From assembly GCA_035607275.1 (NCBI GenBank), contig DATNBW010000180.1, positions 1 to 54,602 on the forward strand: DNA of 54,602 nucleotides. Reading direction: 5' to 3'. The notes below the pieces were generated by a model that saw nothing but the letters and a program-made list of their open reading frames with translations, was not told the origin of the DNA and made no database searches. How positions within the stretch are numbered: position 1 is the stretch's first letter; every line of letters begins with the position of its first letter. The position numbers and the translations under genes were made by a program. Positions 35,585 through 44,555 of the stretch are shown piece by piece. This DNA comes from Verrucomicrobiia bacterium. Lineage in GTDB: Bacteria; Chloroflexota; Limnocylindria; Limnocylindrales; CSP1-4.

Positions 35585-36529
35585 GTGACCAGCCCGGGCC
35601 TCGCCTTCGACCACGCCGCCGAGCGGCTCTTCGCCGGGCTTCGCCGGGCCGCGGCGGGTCGGCTGCCCGCCCTCGCGCGGCTGGAGAGCCCGCCGTGGAT
35701 CGGTGTGGCGGTCGCCGTCGCCCTGTGGGGCCTGATCGTGGTGTTCAGCGAGCCGTGGGGCCGGCTGTGGGGCACGGGCCAGGACGCCCGCTGCTATTGG
35801 CAGGCCGCCCAGGACGCCGCCCATCCGTACCTCCACAGCGAGTGGAACGACCCGATCGCGTATGTCTACTCACCGGCGTTCCTCCAGCTCGTTTCGCCGC
35901 TGACGGCCCTGCCGTGGCAGGCGTTCATCGCCGCCTGGACGGCGATCCTGATCGGCGCCGTCCGGTTCCTGACCGGACCGCGCCTGCTCGCCGCCGGGCT
36001 GATCTTCCCGTTCACGGCCATGGAGGTCGCCGGCGGCAACGTGTCGCTGCTCCTGGCCGCGGCGATCGTCATTGGGTTCCGCTGGCCGGCCGCCTGGTCG
36101 ATCGTCCTGCTGACGAAGATCACGCCCGGGGTCGGACTGCTGTGGTTCGCCGTCCGCCGGGAGTGGCGGGCGCTCGCGGTCGCGCTCGGCGTCACGGCGG
36201 CGATCGCCGGGCTGTCGTTCGTGATCGTGCCGGACCAGTGGCGGACGTGGGTCGACGTCGTGATCCGGAATGCCGCCGCGGGCAAGGGCGGCACCTGGGC
36301 GTCGGTCCCGATCCCGCTCTGGATCCGGCTGCCGGCCGCGGTCGCCCTCGTCGTATGGGGCGCGCGTTCGGATCGGCGCTGGACCGTCCCGGTCGCCTCG
36401 ATGGTGGCCCTGCCCGCGCTCTGGTACGGCGGGATCTCGATGCTCCTGGCGGTGATCCCGCTGCTTCCCGGACGAGGTCGGCCGAACCACGAGCGCGACC
36501 TCGAGGCAGGGGCGATCAGCCCTTCCTGA
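35585..36529 (+). CDS. polytopic membrane protein, GT87/DUF2029-like (putative glycosyltransferase)
   Basis: About 9 TM segments, with YVYSPAF after the first loop. The family assignment is from memory of DUF2029/GT87 architecture and is not verified. Confidence 0.6.
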   Translation: MTSPGLAFDHAAERLFAGLRRAAAGRLPALARLESPPWIGVAVAVALWGLIVVFSEPWGRLWGTGQDARCYWQAAQDAAHPYLHSEWNDPIAYVYSPAFLQLVSPLTALPWQAFIAAWTAILIGAVRFLTGPRLLAAGLIFPFTAMEVAGGNVSLLLAAAIVIGFRWPAAWSIVLLTKITPGVGLLWFAVRREWRALAVALGVTAAIAGLSFVIVPDQWRTWVDVVIRNAAAGKGGTWASVPIPLWIRLPAAVALVVWGARSDRRWTVPVASMVALPALWYGGISMLLAVIPLLPGRGRPNHERDLEAGAISPS

Positions 36530-37418
36530 CGGGCACCGTCAACGCGACCGTCATCCCGCTCGCCACGTCGCCGCTGATCGTGCCGAGCTCGTGGATGCCG
36601 CCGTCGTCGCCGAACACGTTGTCGCCCGCGAGCGATACCCGGCCCATGTTCGACACGCTCTGGCTGTACCCGTCGGTCGCGTAGACGAGATCGCACGCGT
36701 CCTTCGGCAGGGCGATCTGGGAGGTCGCGATCTTGTTCGCCTCGTCCGTCGCCGCCTCGAGATCGGAGTAGACCTCGAAGTGGATGTGCGGCCAGCGGCC
36801 GGAATAGCAGGCCGGGAAGATGCTCTGGAATGTCGCGACGCCCGAGCCGTCGGTCGCCTGCACGCCGCGCAGGTAGTTCTCGCCGGCCGCGGCCTGCGAG
36901 TAGAGCGAGTAGTTGCCGCCCTGGTCGCAATGCCAGACATAGACGGCGGCGCCGGTCATCGGCGCACAGTCGTTCGCGGCGTCCTGGATCGCCAGCTTGA
37001 TCGTCAGCGGGACGCCCTTCGCGGTCGACGTCGACGTCCCGAAGCTCGCACGGATGTCGGCCCGGACGATGCCGCTCTGGGCCAGGACGTTCGGGCCGTT
37101 CGAGCCGTCGCCCGGGAAGGGGCCGGCGGTCTCCTCGGGGATCACCGCGCAATCGGCGGCGGCAGCGGCCGACGGACCTGAGCCTGACGTGCCGGCCGCG
37201 GTCGCAGTCGCGGTCGGTGGTGACGAGCCGCCGGCAGACGGCGCGCAGGCGACGATCGACATCAGGCCCGCGCTGACCGTCGTCAGCCCGGCGAGCTTCA
37301 GGACCTGGCGGCGGTCGATCAGGGTCGAGAGGTCGTAGACGAGGCCGCGGTCGGTCTCCTCGAGCTGCTCGTGGAGCGCGATCTCAGGTCGGGCTGCGGG
37401 CGGGAGGTTCAGGGCCAC
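36516..37418 (-). CDS. intradiol ring-cleavage dioxygenase-like protein, Tat-exported lipoprotein
   Basis: AAGGAGG lies upstream of the GTG. Twin-arginine motif DRRQVLKLAG and lipobox IVAC. The core contains VWHCDQGGNYS and GRWPHIHFEV. Confidence 0.8.
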   Translation of the reverse strand: MALNLPPAARPEIALHEQLEETDRGLVYDLSTLIDRRQVLKLAGLTTVSAGLMSIVACAPSAGGSSPPTATATAAGTSGSGPSAAAAADCAVIPEETAGPFPGDGSNGPNVLAQSGIVRADIRASFGTSTSTAKGVPLTIKLAIQDAANDCAPMTGAAVYVWHCDQGGNYSLYSQAAAGENYLRGVQATDGSGVATFQSIFPACYSGRWPHIHFEVYSDLEAATDEANKIATSQIALPKDACDLVYATDGYSQSVSNMGRVSLAGDNVFGDDGGIHELGTISGDVASGMTVALTVPVRKG

Positions 37419-37561
37419 GGAGCGGGCCTCCTTGTCGCTGTGGTGTCCCTCCGGCCATTGTGGGAGGCGACGGGCGGAGTGTCGTCAGCCGGACCTTGCA
37501 GAACCGTGACGGGGTCCACGGTCAGGCGGCTCAGTGACGCGCCGGTGCCGATGCCGGCCGC

Positions 37562-38872
37562 TCAGGGCAGCGAACCCGGCGCCTTCGGCTCGGCCACGAG
37601 CTCGGGCGGGACGGCCCGGGTCCGGACCCGCAACGCGACAACGACCACCCCGACGAGGAACACGGCCGCGCCCGCCCAGAACGGACCGGTCGGGCCTGCG
37701 ACCGCCGACACGGCGCCCCCGACGAGCGGGCCGACGATCCCGGCGGCGTAGAGCGGCAAGTACACGAGGTTCAGCGTCTGCGACCGACGGTCGGCCGGCA
37801 CCTCGGTCGCGAGCAGGCTGAACACCATCGCCCCGACGAGCCCGTTCGCGGCGGTGAAGACGAGAATCGCCGCGGCCAGTGGCGGGACGGCTCCGACGAG
37901 CGGGACCGCGAAGAGCGCCAGCCCGCCGACGAACAGCGAAACGAGGAGGACCGGCCGGAACCCGATTCGATCCCCGACGAACCCGCCGAACGGAGCGATG
38001 AGGGCGCCACCAAGGGCGGCCAGCCCGGTCACGAACCCGATCGACGACGCGAGACCCTCGCCATGCCCGACGATCGACTCGACGATGAGCGCCTGGTATG
38101 GCCGGCTCATCTGGCTCGCGAGGAAGGCGACGCCATAGATCGCGAAGATCCGGCGGACCGTCGGGTCGCCGAGGACGCTGCGCAACGCCCCGTAGGCCAG
38201 TGGCAGGACGCGTCCGGCGGGCACGACCGGTGGCCGGACCTCGGCGGACCCGAGCCAGACGATCGCGGCGGTCGCGATCGACAGACCGGCCGAGACCCAG
38301 AAGATCGACGGCAGCGACCAGCCGAGGCCGTCGACGAGCCAGCCGCCGAGGAACGGCCCGACCGAGAACCCGATCGGGCCCGCCGCCCCGAAGATCGCGA
38401 TCATCGTGCCGATCCGCCGGCGCGGGACGACGTCGCGGATCGCGCCGAGCATGATCCCGGTGTTGCCGAGCTGGAACCCGATGAGCAGCAGGCTGGCCGC
38501 GAGCTGCCATGGCTCCCGCGACAGGGCGACGCAGACGAAGACGACCGCCTCGACCAGGCAGCTCCGGACGACGACCGCCTTGCGGCTGTACTTGTCGGCC
38601 CACACGCCCCACAGCGGGATGAGGGGCATGCCGACGATGAAGATCAGCGCCGAGAAGAGCCCGACGAACGGCGCGCGGTAGGCATCCGGCACGCCGACGA
38701 TCCGGAGATACGGCGCGAGGAACGCGAAGACCTGGCTGACGCCGATCCCTTCGACCAGCGAGGTGAGCCAGAAGACGACCACGATCCGCTTCCAGTCGGC
38801 CCGGCCGTCCCGGTCGCGAGCCTCGCTCGCAGAGGGCGTCGCGGGGGCGCTCGTGGAGGCAGATGCTGACAT
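37562..38872 (-). CDS. MFS transporter
   Basis: 12-TM-like profile. GAIRDVVPRRRIG resembles the MFS loop motif. TACGCT lies 8 nt upstream of the ATG. Confidence 0.85.
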   Translation of the reverse strand: MSASASTSAPATPSASEARDRDGRADWKRIVVVFWLTSLVEGIGVSQVFAFLAPYLRIVGVPDAYRAPFVGLFSALIFIVGMPLIPLWGVWADKYSRKAVVVRSCLVEAVVFVCVALSREPWQLAASLLLIGFQLGNTGIMLGAIRDVVPRRRIGTMIAIFGAAGPIGFSVGPFLGGWLVDGLGWSLPSIFWVSAGLSIATAAIVWLGSAEVRPPVVPAGRVLPLAYGALRSVLGDPTVRRIFAIYGVAFLASQMSRPYQALIVESIVGHGEGLASSIGFVTGLAALGGALIAPFGGFVGDRIGFRPVLLVSLFVGGLALFAVPLVGAVPPLAAAILVFTAANGLVGAMVFSLLATEVPADRRSQTLNLVYLPLYAAGIVGPLVGGAVSAVAGPTGPFWAGAAVFLVGVVVVALRVRTRAVPPELVAEPKAPGSLP

Positions 38873-38949
38873 GGCGGCGAAGCGTAGCGGGTCCGGGAGA
38901 TCCGGGATCCGGGTCGCGGCGTAGACTCCACCGAAGGAGGGTTGGCGAG

Positions 38950-39813
38950 ATGCTGGGTCGGTACTTGACGCGCGCGGTCGACGCCCAGAGCCGCTGGTCG
39001 AAGCCGCTCGGGGACTTCAACCACCGCTGGCTCGCCGCCATCTTCCACCCGATCCGCCCGATCCAGAACCTCCTCAACGGGTCGTGGCTCGGCCACCCGG
39101 TGCATGCGGTCGTGACCGACGTCCCGATCGGGGCGCTGACCGTCTCGATCGTCGCCGACGTCATCGGCCAGCCGATCGTCGCGGACGTCTCGCTCCTGAT
39201 CGGCGTGCTCGCGATGGTCGCGTCGGCCGTCACCGGCGCGGCGGACTACACCGAGGTCGACGGGACCGCGCGCAACCGCGCGACCGTCCATTCGGTCGTC
39301 ATGGTCGTCTCCCTCGTCCTCTACCTGATCTCGCTCGCGATCCGGAGCACCGGCCCGGCGGACCGCCTGGCCCCGATCCTCATCGCCCTCGTCGCCTACC
39401 TGCTCCTCGCCCTCGGGGCCGCGATCGGCGGCGATCTCGTCTACCTGATCGGGACCCACGTCAACCGCCACGCGTGGCGCGGCGCCGGGGCGAAGTGGAT
39501 CAAGCTCGATCTCGGCGACCTGACCGACATCCCCGAGGGCGGGCCGACGAAGCTCAAGGCCGGGATCAACGAGCTCGCCGTCGTCCGCGAGGGCGATCGG
39601 ATCCTCGCGGTCCACGCCCAGTGCGCGCATGCCGGCGGCCCGCTCGCCGAGGGCAGCCTCGTCGGCGACGCGATCGAATGTCCGTGGCACGGCTCGCGGT
39701 TCCGGTTGGCGAACGGCCACAACGTGCGCGGGCCGGCGATGTACGACCAGCCCGCATACGACGTCCGGCGGGCCGAGACCGGTGGCTGGGAGGCCCGCCG
39801 CCAGACGTCCTGA
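38950..39813 (+). CDS. membrane domain (DUF2231-like) fused to a Rieske [2Fe-2S] domain
   Basis: GAAGGAGG lies 9 nt upstream of the ATG at 38950. The Rieske ligand motifs are CAHAGGPL and CPWHGSRF. Confidence 0.8.
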   Translation: MLGRYLTRAVDAQSRWSKPLGDFNHRWLAAIFHPIRPIQNLLNGSWLGHPVHAVVTDVPIGALTVSIVADVIGQPIVADVSLLIGVLAMVASAVTGAADYTEVDGTARNRATVHSVVMVVSLVLYLISLAIRSTGPADRLAPILIALVAYLLLALGAAIGGDLVYLIGTHVNRHAWRGAGAKWIKLDLGDLTDIPEGGPTKLKAGINELAVVREGDRILAVHAQCAHAGGPLAEGSLVGDAIECPWHGSRFRLANGHNVRGPAMYDQPAYDVRRAETGGWEARRQTS

Positions 39814-39933
39814 CGCGGCAATCGTGTTCAATTCGCGTGATGACCGATCGTCATGACGTCCGGCGAGATCCGGGGTTAGCGTCTGTCAGGGACGACCACG
39901 GTCCACATGCGCGCACGAAGTTCGGGGGAACGA

Positions 39934-40473
39934 ATGAGCCACCTGTCGACCACGGTCCGGATCGAGGCGCCCGCCGCGGTGGTGTTCGACCTCATCGCCG
40001 ATCCGGCGCGGAGCCCCGAGTGGCAGACGCTGCTGGCCGAGATGGGCGACATCGCCGGCCGGCCGGGCGGGATCGGTTCCAGCTTCGTCGGCTTCTACAA
40101 GGTGGCCGGTCGCAAGCTGGCGAGCCGGTTCGTCGTGACCGCGGCGGAGCGGCCACGGATCTTCCAGGTGAACGGCACGACGAGCGGCGGCTGGGCCCGC
40201 TGGACGACGATGCTCGAACCGGACGGGTCGGGCTGCACCATCGAGGTCAGGCTGGAGTACGAGCTGCCGGGCGAGATCGTCGGTTCCCTGTTCGGGCTCC
40301 TGACGGGCAATCGGATCGAGCGCGAGTTCCGGCGCACCTACGAAAACCTGAAGCGCCTGGCCGAGACCGGCACGGCAGCCGACCCGGCCAGACTCGCCGA
40401 GCCGACGCCCATCGAGAGTGCCCTGTCGTACGAGGACGAGGACGAGGAGGGGGAGCAGCTCGCCACCAACTGA
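39934..40473 (+). CDS. SRPBCC (polyketide cyclase/dehydrase-like) family protein with an acidic tail
   Basis: IEAPAAVVFDLIADPARSPEWQ is a typical SRPBCC N-terminus. ATG at 39934 follows GGGGGA. Confidence 0.75.
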   Translation: MSHLSTTVRIEAPAAVVFDLIADPARSPEWQTLLAEMGDIAGRPGGIGSSFVGFYKVAGRKLASRFVVTAAERPRIFQVNGTTSGGWARWTTMLEPDGSGCTIEVRLEYELPGEIVGSLFGLLTGNRIEREFRRTYENLKRLAETGTAADPARLAEPTPIESALSYEDEDEEGEQLATN

Positions 40474-40516
40474 GCCGTTCCACGACGGCCGACGGGGCGA
40501 GCCGCCCGCCGCGCCG

Positions 40517-41089
40517 GTGAGCGCCCACCCGATCGAGATCCCGGTTCCGGGTCTCGTCGTCCTGATCGGCGCGGCCGGTGCCGGGAAATCCACCCTCGCC
40601 GGCCGCCTGTTCGCTCCGGACGAGGTGCTCTCGTCGGATGCGCTCCGCGCGGCGGTCAGCGGAGATGCGGCGGATCAGCGCGCGACGCGGACGGCCTTCG
40701 GGATCCTCCATCGCGAGGTCCGCCGGCGGCTCGCGGCCGGTCGGCTGGTCGTCGTCGATGCGACGAACGTGGAGCGCGCGGCGCGCCTGCCGCTCCTCCG
40801 CCTCGCGCGGGCCGCGGGGGTGCCTGCCCTCGCGATCGCGGTCGTCCCGTCCGCGGCGGAGGTCCAGGCGCGGAACGCCGGCCGGGCCGAGCGTGTCGTC
40901 CCGACCGAAGTCGTCGATCGCCATCTCGACCGGCTGGCCGCCCTGGGCGCGACCGGCGTGGCGATCGCGGCCGTCCTTCGCGCGGAGGGCTTCACCGCCG
41001 TGCGGGTCCTGTCGTCGGCCGACGAGATCGAGGCGGCCTCCGTCCGACGGAACGCCCGGGCCGGCGGACCCGAGCCGATCAGTCGCTGA
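40517..41089 (+). CDS. P-loop kinase (AAA_33/polynucleotide-kinase-like)
   Basis: Walker A GAAGAGKST and LVVVDATN. GTG at 40517 lies inside track ORF 40418..41089. The start is uncertain. Confidence 0.7.
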   Translation: MSAHPIEIPVPGLVVLIGAAGAGKSTLAGRLFAPDEVLSSDALRAAVSGDAADQRATRTAFGILHREVRRRLAAGRLVVVDATNVERAARLPLLRLARAAGVPALAIAVVPSAAEVQARNAGRAERVVPTEVVDRHLDRLAALGATGVAIAAVLRAEGFTAVRVLSSADEIEAASVRRNARAGGPEPISR

Positions 41090-41384
41090 CCCGTCCGAAG
41101 GCGCGTGCCCGGAGCTCGACCCAGACGCCGTTGCGGAGATACACGTCGGCACGGCACACGTCGAGCGCGGCCTGCTCGTTCGGAGCGCGGACGATCACGA
41201 TCGTGGCCGAGACGTCGGCGAATGCCCCGGCCTCGACGACGATGCCCTGGCGCTTGAGGTCGCGGAGGCGCGCGATGTGCTCGGCTCGGAACGGGACCCG
41301 GGTCTCGGCGGCGTCCGGTGCGTACGTCGCCTCCACGAGCCAGACGGGCTCGATCGCCGGCGGCGGAGTGGCGGGCTCGGTCAT
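41079..41384 (-). CDS. YciI family protein
   Basis: 101 aa. GGAGGA lies upstream of the ATG. The pattern FRAEHIARL ... GAF ... DVYLRNG is YciI-like. Confidence 0.75.
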   Translation of the reverse strand: MTEPATPPPAIEPVWLVEATYAPDAAETRVPFRAEHIARLRDLKRQGIVVEAGAFADVSATIVIVRAPNEQAALDVCRADVYLRNGVWVELRARAFGRVSD

Positions 41385-41440
41385 GGCGTCCTCCGTGAGC
41401 GGGTCTCATGCACTGGCCGGCCGGCGCGCCGGGTTCGGGG

Positions 41441-42406
41441 TCAGGCGGCCGGGGCGGCCGAACCCCCGGCGATCAGGGCGACCGCGATCGCGGCCATGAT
41501 GATCCCGAGCAGGTGGCTGCCGGTCACCCGCTCGCGCAGGATGATCACCGCCAGGATGACGGTCGTCACCGGGTAGAGCGAGCTGAGGGTGGCGGCGACG
41601 TCGAGCCGGCCTGCCTGGGTGGCGAGGATGTACAGGCCGTTCCCGGCGAGGTCGAGGACGGCCGTCGCAAGCAGTGCCGGGACGATCGGCCCGGGGACTC
41701 GCCAGGGGCGGCGGCCGAGGACGACGATCGCCGCGATCGGGATCAGCGACGAGGCCTTGATCACGGCCAGGGGCCAGGCCACGCGATCCTCGGGAAACGC
41801 CCCGACCGCGATGTTGAAGAACCCGAGCCCGATCCCGCCGAAGATCGCGTACTCGATCCCGGATCGCCGCCCGCCGGGATCCGCGGAGCGCGAGACGAGG
41901 ACCACCGCGGCCAGGGCGAGGACGATCCCGGCGACGACCTCGGCGCCGGGCCACCCGAGCGTGACCAGCCCGACGATGACGGGCAGCGTCGCGGCGATCA
42001 CCCCGGTCACCGGCGCCACCACCCCCATCCGGCCGACCGCCAGTCCGGTGTACAGGCCGAGGATCCCGGCCACGGCCAGCACGCCCGCAAGCGCCGCCAG
42101 GCCGAGCGTCGCCGCACCCGGCATCGGCTCGCCGGTCGCAAGCGCGATCCCGATCATGACGATCGCACCGAGGACGTCCACCCCGAGGGCGATCCCGAGG
42201 ACGGGCGCGCGACGGCCGGTCCAGCCCCCGCCGAAGTCGCCGGCACCCCAGGCGATGGCCGAGGCGAGTCCGAGGACGACGACGGCGAGGCCCGGGCCGG
42301 CCGGGTCAGCCGTGGGCGGCTCCCGCGGCGGTGCCGGCGCCGGTGCCGTGGCCCGCCCTCGAGCCCGCGCCCGCTCCGGCCGGGGCCACCTCGCTGCCGC
42401 CGTCAT
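41441..42406 (-). CDS. EamA/DMT family transporter
   Basis: Ten-TM-like profile with two EamA halves. The only canonical start (ATG at 42406) overlaps the upstream gene by 101 nt. Confidence 0.75.
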   Translation of the reverse strand: MTAAARWPRPERARARGRATAPAPAPPREPPTADPAGPGLAVVVLGLASAIAWGAGDFGGGWTGRRAPVLGIALGVDVLGAIVMIGIALATGEPMPGAATLGLAALAGVLAVAGILGLYTGLAVGRMGVVAPVTGVIAATLPVIVGLVTLGWPGAEVVAGIVLALAAVVLVSRSADPGGRRSGIEYAIFGGIGLGFFNIAVGAFPEDRVAWPLAVIKASSLIPIAAIVVLGRRPWRVPGPIVPALLATAVLDLAGNGLYILATQAGRLDVAATLSSLYPVTTVILAVIILRERVTGSHLLGIIMAAIAVALIAGGSAAPAA

Positions 42407-44555
42407 CGACCTCGGTCGGGCCGGCCAGGGCGACGACCGCGTCGGCCGAGGCGTGGTAGCGATCCGAGGTCGTCAGGTAGATGACCTGGAAGTCGCGGGC
42501 GATCTCCCTGAGGAGCTCCAGGGCGCGCCGGGCGCGATCGTCGTCGAGCGTGACGAACGGGTCGTCGAACACGAGCGGCGGGCGGCGATCGCCGGTGACG
42601 AGGCGGACGAGCCCGAGCCGGGCGGCGAGATAGACGAGATCGAGGGTGCCCTGGCTGAGTGAGCGCACGTCGACCCAGTCGCCCTTCTCGGGGGCGTGGA
42701 GCTGGATGTCGAGGGTCCGGTCGTCGACGGCGACACGCCGATAGCGGCCGCCGGTGATCCGATCGACGTCGCCGACCATCTGCTTCTCGAGGAAGCGGGT
42801 GGCCGTCTTCATCGTCGCCTGCTCGGCCGATTCGATCTCCTTGAGCGTCCGCTCGTAGACGCGCGCCCGCCGCTGCAGCGCGCCGAGCTGCTCGCGCCAG
42901 CCGGCGAGCCGCTCGCTGTGGCCGGCCACCTGCTCGGCGTCGACCGCGTTCGCCTCGACGCGGGCCCGGGCGTTCGACTCCTCGTCGCGGGATCGCTCCA
43001 GGCTGGCCTCGAGATCGCGCACCTCGACCTCGAGCCGCTCGCGGGCCCGCGGCTCCTTGGCGATCGGCCCGAGCGCCTCCAGGGCGTGGGTCTTCTGCTC
43101 GACCTCCAGCGCGGCCGCGTCGCGGTGCTTCGGGAGCGCCTCGGTCGGCTCCTTGCCCACCAGCCCCTCGAGCTGGGCCGCGAGCCGCTCGATCCGGCTG
43201 ACGTGCTCCTGCTCGCGCGAGAGAAGATCGACCGCCGCCGGGAGGTCCTCGAGGCCGAGCCCGGCGAGCTGCTGCGCGGTGTCGGCCTCGGCCTGGCGCA
43301 GGTCCTGCTCCATGTCGGACCGACCGCGCAACCGGCGATCGATCTCGACGTCGCGCAGCTCCGCCTGCATCCGGTCGCTGCGCCGGAGCCACAACGCCAC
43401 GAACGCGAGGATGAACCCGATCCCGGCGGCGGCGCCGCCGAGAAGCTCGGGGGCCGTCCCGAGGTCGATGGAGCCGAACGCCCGCAGGCCGACCGTCGCG
43501 GCCGCCACGACCAGGCCCACGATCACGAGGCCGAGGGCGATCCTCGACAGGGGGCGCCACGTCGGTTCGGGCGGCACCTCGAAGGAGACCTCGATCTCGC
43601 CCGATAGGGCCGCCCGCAGCTCGCGGATCTTCGCGTCGAGCGAGCGCAGCCGGCCGACGATCTGCTCGAGCACCGGTAACGGGTTGGCCGACGGATGGCT
43701 CGCGTGGAGACCGGCCAGCTCCTCGTGGACGGCCACGGCATGGCGATAGCGTTCGAACCGTTCCTGGGCGTTGACCCGCTCCGCGCTGAGCCGCTCCGCC
43801 TGGCGGGCCTTGTCGAGGAGCGAGCGCCGTTCGGTCAGGCTGGTCTCCGTCTCGGTTCGTCGCTCGCGCGCCCCGGACAGCGTGTCCCGGTCGCGCTCGA
43901 GCTGGGCGAGGGCGAGCTCGCCCTGTTCGACGGCGAGCTTCGCCTGCTCGACCGCATCCTCCGCGAGCTTGAGCCGCCCCGGGTTCTTGGCCCCCTTCGT
44001 GTTCAGCTCGAAGATCGCCCGTTCCAGCTTGTGGCGCGCGCGCGAGGTCCCCCGATCCGCGCCGCTGATCGATGCCTGCAGCCGATCCCGGAGCGCCGCC
44101 TCATCGCGATCGAGGTCGGCGAGCTCGTGGTGGCGAACCGAGGCCGTCGAACGGAAGAACGCCTCGCTCGGGATGCCGGTCATCTCGGCCAGGGCCTGGT
44201 CGGCGAGGGTCGGGTCGGTGATCGTCGTCCCGTCGACCTCGAGACGGACCGTCCCCTTGGCGCCGCGGAACTCCTTCTGGAGGGTCCCGGTCCGGACGCC
44301 GCGGTCGTCGTCGTCGATCTCGAACTCGAGACTGATGACGGGCCGGGCGTCCTCGGCGGCGTCCCACGAACGGAGGGCGTCCATGTCGACGCCGCCGCTC
44401 GTGACCTTGCGCGTGAGAGCCAGCTCGATCGCCCGCTGGATCGTCGTCTTGCCGGCCTCGTTCGGGCCGTGGACGATCGTCAGTCCGGGCGACAGCGGGA
44501 TCTCGAGCTCACGGTAGCGACGGAAGTCGCGAAGGGTCAGGCGGGTGATCCTCAC
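42306..44555 (-). CDS. SbcC/Rad50-like AAA ATPase with coiled coils and a central two-helix membrane hairpin (YhaN-like)
   Basis: Walker A GPNEAGKTT, signature SLSQGTLDLVYLA, Walker B PLVFDDPFVTLD, and long Arg/Glu/Leu-rich helical arms. TM1 is about aa 336-358 and TM2 about aa 370-390. There is no cysteine, so no zinc hook. Confidence 0.85.
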   Translation of the reverse strand: MRITRLTLRDFRRYRELEIPLSPGLTIVHGPNEAGKTTIQRAIELALTRKVTSGGVDMDALRSWDAAEDARPVISLEFEIDDDDRGVRTGTLQKEFRGAKGTVRLEVDGTTITDPTLADQALAEMTGIPSEAFFRSTASVRHHELADLDRDEAALRDRLQASISGADRGTSRARHKLERAIFELNTKGAKNPGRLKLAEDAVEQAKLAVEQGELALAQLERDRDTLSGARERRTETETSLTERRSLLDKARQAERLSAERVNAQERFERYRHAVAVHEELAGLHASHPSANPLPVLEQIVGRLRSLDAKIRELRAALSGEIEVSFEVPPEPTWRPLSRIALGLVIVGLVVAAATVGLRAFGSIDLGTAPELLGGAAAGIGFILAFVALWLRRSDRMQAELRDVEIDRRLRGRSDMEQDLRQAEADTAQQLAGLGLEDLPAAVDLLSREQEHVSRIERLAAQLEGLVGKEPTEALPKHRDAAALEVEQKTHALEALGPIAKEPRARERLEVEVRDLEASLERSRDEESNARARVEANAVDAEQVAGHSERLAGWREQLGALQRRARVYERTLKEIESAEQATMKTATRFLEKQMVGDVDRITGGRYRRVAVDDRTLDIQLHAPEKGDWVDVRSLSQGTLDLVYLAARLGLVRLVTGDRRPPLVFDDPFVTLDDDRARRALELLREIARDFQVIYLTTSDRYHASADAVVALAGPTEVDDGGSEVAPAGAGAGSRAGHGTGAGTAAGAAHG

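Noticed and set aside
36516-36529. Convergent gene ends that overlap or nearly touch: 36516-36529 (14 nt), 41079-41089 (11 nt), and a 3-nt gap at 25407-25409
   Set aside because: This is common in compact high-GC genomes. There is no extra signal beyond the lack of room for terminators.
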